DNA of 42,387 nt from Deltaproteobacteria bacterium (GCA_015233625.1 JADFXK010000001.1:9537-51923), one strand, 5' to 3'; positions 30,732 to 39,785 are shown, counted from the first letter of the stretch. Notes: generated by a model from the letters alone, not told the origin. Translations and numbers: made by a program.

Positions 30732-31152
30732 CTTTCCTTTCAGAGTCCTGGTCGACACAAGTTTCTGGATCGCCCTTTATGACACCAAAGATCGGTGGCA
30801 TAGCCAAGCGGTTGACCGGGAGGGAGTTTTGACTATATCAAATGTCATCCTGCCCTGGCCGATCCTCTACGAGACGTTGCGGACAAGGTTTGTCAAGAAC
30901 AGGCCATGGGGAATACACTTTCGGCTGCTCCTGGGTACTCTCCATGTATCCCATGTCTGCGATACGCCTTACCGGCAACGCGCCTTTGATGACACGGTGA
31001 CCGATTCCAACGTCCGTCGAGGTATCAGCATGATTGACATGTTGATCAGGCTGATGCTGCAAGATAAGAATCTGGGGATAACTCACCTGCTGACATTCAA
31101 CGTGAAAGATTTTGAAGATGTTTGTCGTGAGAGACGGATCGAACTGGTGTAG
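30712..31152 (+). CDS. PIN-domain (VapC-like) nuclease
   Basis: VLVDTSFWIAL..D..H, ILYETL, GISMID and LLTFNVKDF are typical PIN acidic motifs. Likely start is ATG 30712 (or 30718), overlapping the upstream ORF. Confidence 0.85.
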   Translation: MKMTAISFPFRVLVDTSFWIALYDTKDRWHSQAVDREGVLTISNVILPWPILYETLRTRFVKNRPWGIHFRLLLGTLHVSHVCDTPYRQRAFDDTVTDSNVRRGISMIDMLIRLMLQDKNLGITHLLTFNVKDFEDVCRERRIELV

Positions 31153-31201
31153 CCGCCCCAAAGCAAGAGCTAAAGCTGACGATTGACCAAAGGAAGACTA
31201 A

Positions 31202-31687
31202 TTGACTGAATCTTTAAAAAAATACTTAATCCTGATATACGTCGCTGTGCCTGTCCTTATTTTGGATCAGGTGACCAAGGCGATCATTCTTCGGAAGTTG
31301 ACCTTGCACCAGAGCCTGGAGGTGATTCCGGGTTTCTTCAATATTTGCTATGTCCGGAACAAGGGTGCGGCCTTCGGCGTTCTGAATAATCTTTCACCAT
31401 CTTTAACCCGCTATTTATTTATCGCCGTCGGGATCTTGGCCGTGGTGGTCATCGCCTATCTGGTCAATCAAATCAAAGAGGACGGCCGAGGGATGGTGAT
31501 CGCCTTGGGATTGGTCCTGGGCGGGGCGGTGGGCAATAATCTAATCGATCGGGTCAGATGGGGGGAAGTCATCGATTTCCTAGACGTCTACGTCAAGTCC
31601 TATCACTGGCCGGTATTTAATGTCGCTGACTCCGCCATTAGCGTCGGGGCAATTCTTTTGGCCTATCAGATCATCAGGAGGATTTAA
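31202..31687 (+). CDS. lspA: Lipoprotein signal peptidase
   Basis: LDQVTK, NKGAAFG, GAVGNNLIDR, VIDFLD and WPVFNVADSAI motifs, downstream of ileS. Confidence 0.97.
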   Translation: MTESLKKYLILIYVAVPVLILDQVTKAIILRKLTLHQSLEVIPGFFNICYVRNKGAAFGVLNNLSPSLTRYLFIAVGILAVVVIAYLVNQIKEDGRGMVIALGLVLGGAVGNNLIDRVRWGEVIDFLDVYVKSYHWPVFNVADSAISVGAILLAYQIIRRI

Positions 31688-31689
31688 TC

Positions 31690-32475
31690 ATGTTCCCGAC
31701 CATTGTCCGGCTGGGTCCTTTGGCCATCCACACTTACGGTGTTCTTATCGCCACGGCTTTTCTGGCCGGCGTGGGCCTGGCCATGCGGGAAGCCCGGCGG
31801 TTGGGCCAGGACCCGACCAAGGTCATGGACCTGTCTCTATATATCGTCATCTCCGCCATTGTTGGTTCCCGCTTACTCTATGTCCTGCTTAAATTTGATT
31901 ACTATATCAAAAAGCCCCTAAATATCTTTATGATTTGGGAAGGCGGGCTGGTCTTTTACGGTGGTTTGATAGGTGCCTTGATCGTGGGTCTGTGGTACAT
32001 GCGGCGGCATGGGCTGAATATGTGGCAGACCTGCGATATCTTTGCTCCGTCTCTGCCGCTGGGCCAGGCCATTGGCCGGCTGGGTTGTTTTTCGGCGGGA
32101 TGTTGCTATGGCAGCCCCACCAACCTCCCCTGGGCCGTGACCTTCACCAATCCCGAGACCTTGGCCTCACCCCTGGGCGTGCCGATCCATCCCACCCAGT
32201 TGTATTCTTCGGCCATTGGTTTGGTGATTTTCCTCATTCTAATGATCATGCGGAAACACAAAAAGTTCGACGGCCAGTTGATCTGGGTCTATGTCGTCTT
32301 GTCGGGAATAGGACGTTTCTTCGACGAATTCTGCCGGGCTGATTTCCGCGGTCCGGAAGTCTTCGGCGTCATTTCCACCACCCAGGCGATCAGCATTGTC
32401 AGCGTCATAGTCGGCGTGGTCATGCTCATCATCTTAGGCAAGAAGCACCAGTTGGCACCTAGGCCCAACCCGTGA
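31690..32475 (+). CDS. lgt: Prolipoprotein diacylglyceryl transferase
   Basis: IWEGGLVFYGG, GQAIGRLGCF..GCCYG, HPTQLY and RFFDEFCR motifs. Confidence 0.97.
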   Translation: MFPTIVRLGPLAIHTYGVLIATAFLAGVGLAMREARRLGQDPTKVMDLSLYIVISAIVGSRLLYVLLKFDYYIKKPLNIFMIWEGGLVFYGGLIGALIVGLWYMRRHGLNMWQTCDIFAPSLPLGQAIGRLGCFSAGCCYGSPTNLPWAVTFTNPETLASPLGVPIHPTQLYSSAIGLVIFLILMIMRKHKKFDGQLIWVYVVLSGIGRFFDEFCRADFRGPEVFGVISTTQAISIVSVIVGVVMLIILGKKHQLAPRPNP

Positions 32476-32491
32476 AACTAACCACCTAAGC

Positions 32492-32545
32492 AAAAAACAC
32501 GACGCAGAGGTTTTCAGAGTTTCTCGAAGACCTCTGCGTTTTTTT
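32492..32545. terminator. Bidirectional intrinsic terminator between lgt and pirin
   Basis: A-run, then ACGCAGAGGTTTTC ... GAAGACCTCTGCGT stem, then T-run, between convergent genes. Confidence 0.75.
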
Positions 32546-32600
32546 ATCCAGAAGACTCTGTGATGCCGTGTTCCAGTCCGGTACAGCACCTCGTTGGCCG

Positions 32601-33347
32601 TTATCTCCGCATCCCCCGAAGCGTTTCTTCGCTGTAGCCCCACCCCTTGCACGACGGGACGTCGATGAGAATGAAATCAGCATCTTTGTAAGCTTCAAAA
32701 TTCAAGGGTGCCTCGGTATCGATTCGGGCCTGCCCGCCTTCCTCAACCTGCCGGCCATTGATGGCTAACATCCCCTTGGTCAGGTAGACGAAGATCCGAC
32801 GCCCGCGGGTGGCCTCGAAGGACAGCTCCTGGTCCTTATCCAGGTCGGCCCGGTAAATAGTCGCGTCTGCGTGTAACGTAACGGTATCCGGAATGCCCCG
32901 CCCGGAAGCCACCGGGAAAAGTGTGTTCATCCATAACACTGGCGCATATGTTTTTTGGTCATAGGTTGGCTGAAGTCCGGATTTGTCCGGGAAGATCCAG
33001 ATTTGATAGAAATGGACTGGATTATCGGCCAGATTGAATTCGGAATGGGTTAGCCCGGTCCCGGCTGACATACGTTGGACATCATTGGCCTGGATGACCG
33101 CCTGGTTGCCCATGCTGTCCTCATGCGTGATTTCGCCCTGGAGGACGATAGTGACGATCTCCATTTCCTGGTGGGGATGAGTCGGGAAGCCGGTTCCCGG
33201 GGCCACCACATCATCATTAAACACCCGCAAAGCGCCAAACTGGATGTTGTGCGGATCGAAATAGTTGGCGAATGAAAACAACCAGTAGGTCTTCAGCCAG
33301 CCGAAGTTGCTGAAATGGCGCTCCTCTTTCCTGATGATCTGAATCAT
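32601..33347 (-). CDS. Pirin family protein (YhhW-like)
   Basis: FSFANYFDP, FGALRVFNDD, GFPTHPH, HEDSMGN, MSAGTG.THSE and QIWI motifs. ATG 33347 follows AGGAGGAG. Confidence 0.95.
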   Translation of the reverse strand: MIQIIRKEERHFSNFGWLKTYWLFSFANYFDPHNIQFGALRVFNDDVVAPGTGFPTHPHQEMEIVTIVLQGEITHEDSMGNQAVIQANDVQRMSAGTGLTHSEFNLADNPVHFYQIWIFPDKSGLQPTYDQKTYAPVLWMNTLFPVASGRGIPDTVTLHADATIYRADLDKDQELSFEATRGRRIFVYLTKGMLAINGRQVEEGGQARIDTEAPLNFEAYKDADFILIDVPSCKGWGYSEETLRGMRR

Positions 33348-33357
33348 ATCTCTCCTC

Positions 33358-35199
33358 CTACAAGGCGCAGGGGCAACCGGCCGACCAGAAACGCCCGTCT
33401 GAACCCATGATGACCAGATGGGCATGATTGCCGTCGGGATGCAGGTACCCACAATCGCCGTGCGTGTGCTTGGGCGGGGCGGAGTTGGAATTGTCGTAGC
33501 CTCCGTATCGGGCCACGGGAGACCAGTCCGGGCTGACCGGCGGCATCGGCGGGGCTAGTTCGGAGAACTCTGCTGCGGCATACACGGGTTTTCCGCCTAA
33601 TATGGTCAGGACGCTCTCAATGCCGCGGATCTCATCTTCCTCGACAGCGAAATAATCCGCATTCAAGACGGCCAGGTCAGCCAGATAGCCACTCACCAGC
33701 CGGCCTTTGCGATGGTCATCCCGGCTGAACCAGGCGCTGCCGGAGGTGTACAGCCTCAAAGCTTCCTCGCGACTGAGTCGGGACTTCTTATCGCCGGTAA
33801 GGAGGGTCCCGCCCACGCCCTTGCCAGACACCAGCCACCACAGACAGGTCCAGGGATGATACGAGGCCACCCGAGTTCCGTCTGTTCCGGCCCCGACCGG
33901 CAGGCCCAGTTCCATCATTTTCCGGATTGGCGGTTTGGCCTCCACGGCGGCTCGTCCGTAGCGCCGGATGAAGTATTCCCCCTGGTAGGCCATCCGATGC
34001 TGCACGGCGATGCCTCCGCCCAGGTTCAGGATGCGTTCCATGTTTTGCGGGGTAATCGTTTCGGCGTGGTCGATGAACCAGCGCAGATCATCGATGGGCG
34101 TGTCCCGGTGCACCCTCTCGAATAGATCCAGAAAACGGCCGATGGATTCATTGTAAGTGGCATGGATCCGCCAGGGCCATCGGGCTTCCGCCAGTTTCCG
34201 GATCACCTGTTCCAGTTCGATGTCCATAACCGGCCGGAGTTCGGGGCGAGGCTGCAAAAAATTCTCGAAATCGGCCGCACTCCACACCAGATTCTCGCCG
34301 GCCCCGTTGACCCGGAGCAGGTCGTCGCCGTCACCGGGATGGGTCAGGCCCAGCCACCGGGTGTAATCCTCCGCTTCGGTCCCGGATTTCTGGGCGAACA
34401 GGCTGTAGGCGATCCGGACAGTCAGGTCCCCCGCGTTGGCCAGTTGGCGGATGACCGCATAGTCTTCCGGGTAGTTCTGACCGCCCCCACCCGCATCTGA
34501 GGCGCTGGTGATGCCGAACCGGTTTAGTTCCCTCATGAAATGGCGCGTGGAATTCAACTGGTCCGGGAAGTTCAACTTGGGGGCGGTGGCGATGGCCGAA
34601 TAGAGGATCAGGGCATTGGGTTCGGCGATGAGCAGACCGGTGGGTTGGCCGCGGGCGTCCCGGGCGATCACGCCGCCTGGGGGATTGGGAGTGGTTTCAT
34701 CAAAGCTCAGGGCCCGTAATGCGGCCCGGTTAAGCAGGGCGCAATCGTACAGGTGCAGGACAAAAACGGGAGTGTCCGGAGCGGCCGCGTTGATCTCTTC
34801 CAGGGTCGGCATCCGGCCTTCGGCAAACTGCAGTTCACTCCAGCCGCCGATAACCCGGACCCACTGGGGCGGCGGAGTCCGCTGGGCCTGTTCCTGGAGC
34901 CGACGCATGGCCTCGGCGATCCGGGGCACGCCATCCCACCGCAGTTCCAGGTTGTAAAACAGCCCGGCCCGGATGACGTGCAGGTGGGAGTCGTTGAGCC
35001 CGGGGATCACCCGGCGGCGTCGAAGGTCAATCTGCCGGGTCCCGGCATCACCCAGAGCCAGGATGGTCCGATCATCACCCCCGGCCGTGACCAGTCCGTC
35101 TTTAACGGCCAGGGCGGTGACTTCCGGCTGCCGCGGATCATTGGTGGTGATCCGGCCGTTGTACAGAATCAATTCCGGGGCCGGGTTGGGGCCGGTCAT
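33358..35199 (-). CDS. Amidohydrolase (YtcJ / amidohydro_3 family)
   Basis: PGLNDSHLH, RIHATY, DHAE, GAGTDGTRV and LADLAVL motifs, with a His/Cys-rich tail. Confidence 0.93.
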   Translation of the reverse strand: MTGPNPAPELILYNGRITTNDPRQPEVTALAVKDGLVTAGGDDRTILALGDAGTRQIDLRRRRVIPGLNDSHLHVIRAGLFYNLELRWDGVPRIAEAMRRLQEQAQRTPPPQWVRVIGGWSELQFAEGRMPTLEEINAAAPDTPVFVLHLYDCALLNRAALRALSFDETTPNPPGGVIARDARGQPTGLLIAEPNALILYSAIATAPKLNFPDQLNSTRHFMRELNRFGITSASDAGGGGQNYPEDYAVIRQLANAGDLTVRIAYSLFAQKSGTEAEDYTRWLGLTHPGDGDDLLRVNGAGENLVWSAADFENFLQPRPELRPVMDIELEQVIRKLAEARWPWRIHATYNESIGRFLDLFERVHRDTPIDDLRWFIDHAETITPQNMERILNLGGGIAVQHRMAYQGEYFIRRYGRAAVEAKPPIRKMMELGLPVGAGTDGTRVASYHPWTCLWWLVSGKGVGGTLLTGDKKSRLSREEALRLYTSGSAWFSRDDHRKGRLVSGYLADLAVLNADYFAVEEDEIRGIESVLTILGGKPVYAAAEFSELAPPMPPVSPDWSPVARYGGYDNSNSAPPKHTHGDCGYLHPDGNHAHLVIMGSDGRFWSAGCPCAL

Positions 35200-35231
35200 A
35201 TCGTTCTCTCCCTTTCTGATTTCCTCATCCG

Positions 35232-35486
35232 GTTTGCGTTCGGCGAGTTCGCTGGGCGATCAGGCAACTGCGGTTAGCAAACCAAGACTTTATCCGCAGA
35301 TTACTCAGATTTTCGCAGATTAAGAAAATGCAAAATGATAGTGTCAGAAGGCTTGCATCCAGGCCGCGGTCGGCCAAAGTTCAGCAAATGATCGCAAAGT
35401 CTGTAGTCTCTTTAATCTGCGTTCATCTGCGTAATCTGCGGATACATTTTTTATTTCCCGATTTATAGGGCCCGTCAACCTTAGGT
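35232..35486. mobile_element. MITE-like element, copy 3
   Basis: The left 60 bp align without gaps to copy 1 (GTTCGGCGAGTTCGCTGGGCGATC... vs GTTCGGTGATTTCACTAGGCGATT...). It has the same palindromic core and the right end CCCGTCAACCTTAGGT. Confidence 0.7.
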
Positions 35487-35493
35487 TTTTACA

Positions 35494-36174
35494 CTATTTC
35501 TTCACCACATGCGGATTTTGGGCGGCCTGGGGAGCCTTGTGGACCATGGAATAGGCATACTCGATGCCGCAGCCGTAAGCGCCCGCATGTTCCCGGAACA
35601 GTTGCATGAGCGCATTATAGTGATCATGGTTGGCCCAGTCCCGCTGGAACTCCAGCACCGTGGCCACGGTGGTCATAGGCACGGCCCCCGCCTGGACACA
35701 CCGCCGGATAGCCGCATCATGAGCGACGTGGGAGGTGGCCCCACAGGCATCCTCCACGATGTAGACGTTGTAGCCTTCCTTGAGCATAGCCAGGGTGGGC
35801 CAGGTGACGCAGACCTCCGTCCACAGCCCGGCCACGACGATGTTCTTCTTCCCCGTGGCTTTGACGGCTTCCCGGAACGCGGGCGAGTCCCACGAATTCA
35901 TGCTGGAGCGCTCAATGGGCTGCCGGCCCGGAAGAGCATCCATCAGTTGCGGCCAGATGTAGCCGCTAAACGATTCCGTCTCCACCGCGGTCAAGATGGT
36001 GGGGATGCCGAACTCCCTGGCCCCCTTGGCCAGCAGAACCACATTGTTCATCAGAAGCAGCCGATCGATGTTGGCCACACCGAAAATCATCTGCGGTTGA
36101 TGATCAATGAAGACCACCGCGCAGTTGTCCTTGGTAATAAGGCCACTATCAGTGCCGGGTAGGATGTTCGCCAT
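35494..36174 (-). CDS. YcaC-like isochorismatase-family hydrolase
   Basis: FIDHQPQM, ERSSMNSW, AGLWTEVC (catalytic Cys) and EFQRDW. ATG 36174 follows AAGGAGG. Confidence 0.93.
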   Translation of the reverse strand: MANILPGTDSGLITKDNCAVVFIDHQPQMIFGVANIDRLLLMNNVVLLAKGAREFGIPTILTAVETESFSGYIWPQLMDALPGRQPIERSSMNSWDSPAFREAVKATGKKNIVVAGLWTEVCVTWPTLAMLKEGYNVYIVEDACGATSHVAHDAAIRRCVQAGAVPMTTVATVLEFQRDWANHDHYNALMQLFREHAGAYGCGIEYAYSMVHKAPQAAQNPHVVKK

Positions 36175-36253
36175 GGGACTTCCTCCTTTATCCGTTGTGT
36201 TATCCAACATCAAAACTCTTCTGTGTCGCAATCGACAGCCCCGCCGCAGCCGA

Positions 36254-36461
36254 GGACCATGATTTAATCCGCAGATTGCGCCGATTGGCGCAGATTAAAA
36301 GCAATGCAAAACGCTTGTGCCCGAAGGCTTGCATCCAGGCCTCGGTCGGCCAAAGTTCAGAAAATGATCGCCTGGTCTGTGGTCTCTTTAATCTGCGTTC
36401 ATCTGCGTAATCTGCGGATACCTTTTTGGCCCCCAAATTACCAGACTCGTCGAACTCAGGT
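36254..36461. mobile_element. MITE-like element, copy 4 (left end eroded)
   Basis: The core and spacer are highly similar to copy 3 (GAAGGCTTGCATCCAGGCC.CGGTCGGCCAAAGTTCAG). The right end is clean: ACTCGTCGAACTCAGGT. Confidence 0.75.
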
Positions 36462-36647
36462 TATTCATAGGAAATCAGGTTGCGGCAGGCAGGAAGGGAT
36501 GCCCTCGACCAAACGCGGCTCAAATTCCAAGCATGATATGAGCATTCACTCGGTTTGTAAATAGGGCGGGGGATTCATTTCTCTGGTGATTTTCCCGATT
36601 GGGCATGGATTTTTCCCGGTGGGGTTCATATGGGGGGATGGGTTCGA

Positions 36648-37364
36648 CTAGATGCTGCTCTCTCGTGGTTTAAGAATCATCTTCACTTCGACAACTCGCT
36701 GCTCTCGCGTGGATTGTCCAACAATGCGTACTCGCTGTTCCTCAGTAAACATTTCCAGGACCGTATCAAATTGCTCGACCGGAAAGCTACATTGTCGTTC
36801 TGGTTCACCAATAATCTCTCTCAAAGTAAATGTATATTTATCGCGATCAAGCTCTCTGATGATTCCTTCTTTATCAAATAGGGAAAATTCATCATCCGCT
36901 GAGGTGACTTGTTTTATAATCTCCCCTGGTATATTCTCTTCTTTTATCTGTTGGCCTGTGGCCTTAATCGGCAGTACCGGTTCCAGGTGCGGATAAAGCA
37001 GCACGTCTGCCTCTGGAAGTGCGTCTTCCGGTAAATCTTTTATTTGAATCTGCCAAGACTTCCTGACGCCCCAGTCGGTAGTCGTAATATCAACGAGCCA
37101 CATTATAGGTTGGTCTAATGCCTCCCGAATGGAAATAGTCCCTAACTTCAATTTGTCCACTATTGATGGGCGAGTCGGAGCCACCACGTATCGCAGTATA
37201 TCATCCTGATCATCGCTCAAGTAGGCGATAGCCAAACCGTTCAACGGAGTTTTAAAAGTAAAAATCAACGGTTCGTTGTATTCATACAGCATTTCTTCCG
37301 GAGGAAATAAGTTTCCGATGAGTTCCACCGGGTATTCAGGAGCGCTTACATCCCAAAGAGCCAT
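36648..37364 (-). CDS. Hypothetical protein with DUF6575-like N-terminal domain
   Basis: 238 aa. LYEYNEPLIF...SIREAL...DALPEADVLL resembles DUF6575 (from recollection). The C-terminal GIIRELDRD..TFTLR segment is predicted beta-rich. It starts 2 bp after the upstream ORF. Confidence 0.7.
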   Translation of the reverse strand: MALWDVSAPEYPVELIGNLFPPEEMLYEYNEPLIFTFKTPLNGLAIAYLSDDQDDILRYVVAPTRPSIVDKLKLGTISIREALDQPIMWLVDITTTDWGVRKSWQIQIKDLPEDALPEADVLLYPHLEPVLPIKATGQQIKEENIPGEIIKQVTSADDEFSLFDKEGIIRELDRDKYTFTLREIIGEPERQCSFPVEQFDTVLEMFTEEQRVRIVGQSTREQRVVEVKMILKPRESSI

Positions 37365-37366
37365 GG

Positions 37367-37747
37367 TTATCCCCTGAATATTTCTTGAAAAGTTAAATGG
37401 CTATATTTCCAAAAAGTGGCATGACTCGGTACAGGTCCCTCGGTCATTTTAATCTTACCATGCTCCGGCTTGAGGTCAGCCACAATTATATACCTTTTTC
37501 TACGTGGAAACAACCGGCGTATTTCCACCGCATCTTCGACTGTCGTAGATACAGATAATCCACATCGTTGACACAGGTCCTGTCCCGGTTTGACTGGAAC
37601 ATTCATTTCGTGGAAAGTCTCAATATCGTGCTCACCGGGAGGATTTTCCTTTGAATGCCCATAAGCCGTAATATTTGCATCAACAGCGTCAGCCGGAGGA
37701 CAATTGGCCGGCCAGTCGTCTGGAAATCGCAATTCATCTTCTGGCAT
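37367..37747 (-). CDS. Hypothetical protein, possible ADP-ribosyltransferase/RES-like fold
   Basis: 126 aa with GGAG RBS and the pattern FP..WP..CPP..A, C..CGLSV, G.I and SHATFW. The fold is inferred. Confidence 0.65.
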   Translation of the reverse strand: MPEDELRFPDDWPANCPPADAVDANITAYGHSKENPPGEHDIETFHEMNVPVKPGQDLCQRCGLSVSTTVEDAVEIRRLFPRRKRYIIVADLKPEHGKIKMTEGPVPSHATFWKYSHLTFQEIFRG

Positions 37748-38095
37748 TCGGTTCTCTCCGGTTCGTTTTCACATTATCCTCGTAAAAAATTGATTGATTT
37801 CCTTACGCTATATTTTTTTGAAAGTCAAGAAAGCAGTCGGCCGCCGGTCCCACGACCGGGAGACGAAGTTGCGTGGACCATGCCAGCCGAGCATCTTCTA
37901 GCACCTTGTGATCTTGGCGTTGAGCGAAAAGCCCGCTTCGATAAGCGAAAGGCACCGGCCTTGAACCATGCCTTCAAGGAATGATTCAGGAAAATGTCCA
38001 AGGTAATCTGTCAACGGAGGCTCATTTTGAACGAAACATTGAGCCACGTCGCACATAGTCGCGCAAGAAGCTGAACGGCCGTTCGCTGCGTCGGG

Positions 38096-38560
38096 TTAAG
38101 TCCTTTGATGCGCGTAATGTTTCATTGCCCCTCTGGCTAGCATGCCAACAAGCAAGCATACTACTATGGACCATATAGCTTCTGCAAATATTAAAATGGG
38201 GTATTCAAAGAAATCCTGAGGAGTTATTAAGAAAAAAGTAATTTTCCGAAAAGATTCTCCCCCGATAGCAAATAAAAGCAAGTGGGCGATGACTCTTGCC
38301 TTGGCCGTGCAAGCAATGAGTGCTGCTGGTATTCCAAATGAGATTGACCTAAACAAAAAATGATAAAATAGAACCCGAGGATGGATTACGATTTCATACT
38401 CTCGGGCAACTCTAAAACTATCTTGAATTCCAGTCACGTTTCGAAATTCCACTACGACCGACCAGAATATGGTGTTTTCAGCCGCCGCCAATAATAAGGA
38501 AGCAAGCAAGAACACTATCAATGCTATCAGTAAGCAGTCTATGTTTATTTTTTTCATCAC
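38096..38560 (-). CDS. AT-rich hypothetical membrane protein (about 4 TM)
   Basis: 154-aa hydrophobic ORF. Its stop codon lies inside ACTTAAC (RYYYAAC). Confidence 0.6.
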   Translation of the reverse strand: MMKKINIDCLLIALIVFLLASLLLAAAENTIFWSVVVEFRNVTGIQDSFRVAREYEIVIHPRVLFYHFLFRSISFGIPAALIACTAKARVIAHLLLFAIGGESFRKITFFLITPQDFFEYPILIFAEAIWSIVVCLLVGMLARGAMKHYAHQRT

Positions 38561-38570
38561 ATATCACGAG

Positions 38571-38638
38571 CTTCACCAATCCGGAGACCCTGGCCTCACT
38601 ACTGGGCGTGCCGATCCATCCCACTCAATTATATTCTT
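38571..38638 (+). repeat. Diverged 68-bp copy of an internal lgt segment (32142-32209)
   Basis: 61/68 identity by manual alignment. It translates FTNPETLASLLGVPIHPTQLYS against lgt FTNPETLASPLGVPIHPTQLYS. Confidence 0.9.
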
Positions 38639-38721
38639 TGACGATTGACTTATATGTTTGATAAGGTAGTTTTTGGCATGCCTTAATTTGAAGAGACCCA
38701 CACTTGGAATTTTGCATAAGG

Positions 38722-38793
38722 CTCGGACGCAAATAGCTCAGGGGATGGCAAGAAGTGCAGCTTTTTGCCATCCCCTGGAACGCAATGTTAGAT
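38722..38793 (-). other. attC site (cassette with DUF900-like hydrolase)
   Basis: Minus strand ATCTAAC-ATTGC-GTTCCAGG-GGATGGCAA...TTGCCATCC-CCTGAGC-N7-GTCCGAG, starting 2 bp after the stop codon. R'' is perfect and R' is degenerate. Confidence 0.75.
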
Positions 38794-38795
38794 AT

Positions 38796-39785
38796 CTATT
38801 TAGTGCGTACCAGTTTGAGTTTCCCATCTGATCCCGCTACTCGGGTAGGAATAACTGATCTATCGAGATCACCTTTTATAGTTTCAAAGAGATCGCGTGC
38901 AAATAGCTTATTGCCAATATGCCAGGAGTGATCGAAAGAGCCTAAGACATTCGTTTGGTCTGCCTTTTTGATCTCTTCATTTGAATCAAGTACCCTGAAG
39001 TAATCTGTGCAATCGATATTTACACCCTTTGTCGGAGCGTCGGCGGGCAATCCTACACGCCCAACTCGTGGTGCCAGACCTAGGCGCTTTGCATTGGATA
39101 GCTTCAACACCGAGTCACACAAGTTTGAGTAGTTCGTCAACCTGGTACAGTGCCTATACAAAGAATCTGTTGAGCTATTTCCATTAGTTAAAGAGGAAGA
39201 GGAGATATCGCCACCAATGAACGCAACCTGGCTGACAGTCCATGAGTTATTTGGTAGACGGGCGTCGTCGGCGTCGTCAAAGGCCTCTCGGATTACGTAT
39301 GCACCGGTTGAATGGCCGAGCAAATGGATATTGATGGTGCAATCCGGAGCTTGTCGAGCTGATAGTGCCAAAATTCCATCGGACACAAGTTGCATAGCCG
39401 TTTTCTTCGCATCGTGTCTGTCTTCCAGGTAGTTGATAGCCCAGTCATCGCTTGGCCAGTCGAATGACAAAATTTCACCTTTAAAACCTACGGAAGTCAA
39501 ATCACTCTTGAGCTGTGCATGGCGATCCATCACGGTTTTCTGGTTGTTGTTGTACCCATGCACAAATACGAGCAAATCACCTCGATCTCGCCCGCCGTTA
39601 CGAGAATCTTTGCCCCACGTTGCAGCCGTGCGTAGTTTCTTAAACCATTGATTAGTGTTCTTCACTGCCTGCTTTGGTGATGGAAGGTCGCCTTCCGGAA
39701 CAATCAAGAATAAGGATGGTCCGGGTTCGGCTATAAAGACACCACCTTCCACGGCACGGGCGCACATGACAAATTGGTCAGCCAT
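38796..39785 (-). CDS. Alpha/beta hydrolase (DUF900-like), integron cassette ORF
   Basis: LVFVHGYNN, FDWPS, HLLGHSTG (nucleophile elbow), DSVLKLS and DHSWH motifs, with AGGAG RBS. Confidence 0.9.
   Translation of the reverse strand: MADQFVMCARAVEGGVFIAEPGPSLFLIVPEGDLPSPKQAVKNTNQWFKKLRTAATWGKDSRNGGRDRGDLLVFVHGYNNNQKTVMDRHAQLKSDLTSVGFKGEILSFDWPSDDWAINYLEDRHDAKKTAMQLVSDGILALSARQAPDCTINIHLLGHSTGAYVIREAFDDADDARLPNNSWTVSQVAFIGGDISSSSLTNGNSSTDSLYRHCTRLTNYSNLCDSVLKLSNAKRLGLAPRVGRVGLPADAPTKGVNIDCTDYFRVLDSNEEIKKADQTNVLGSFDHSWHIGNKLFARDLFETIKGDLDRSVIPTRVAGSDGKLKLVRTK

Noticed and set aside
35509-36162. Long antisense or alternate-frame ORFs (for example 35509..36162, 40061..40762, 14300..14953, 6980..7552)
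   Set aside because: They shadow well-supported genes in GC-rich DNA and have no recognisable motifs.
36195-36564. Small ORFs containing ICVHLRNLRI or similar (also 2056..2262, 27112..27339)
   Set aside because: These are translations of the palindromic MITE core, not independent genes.
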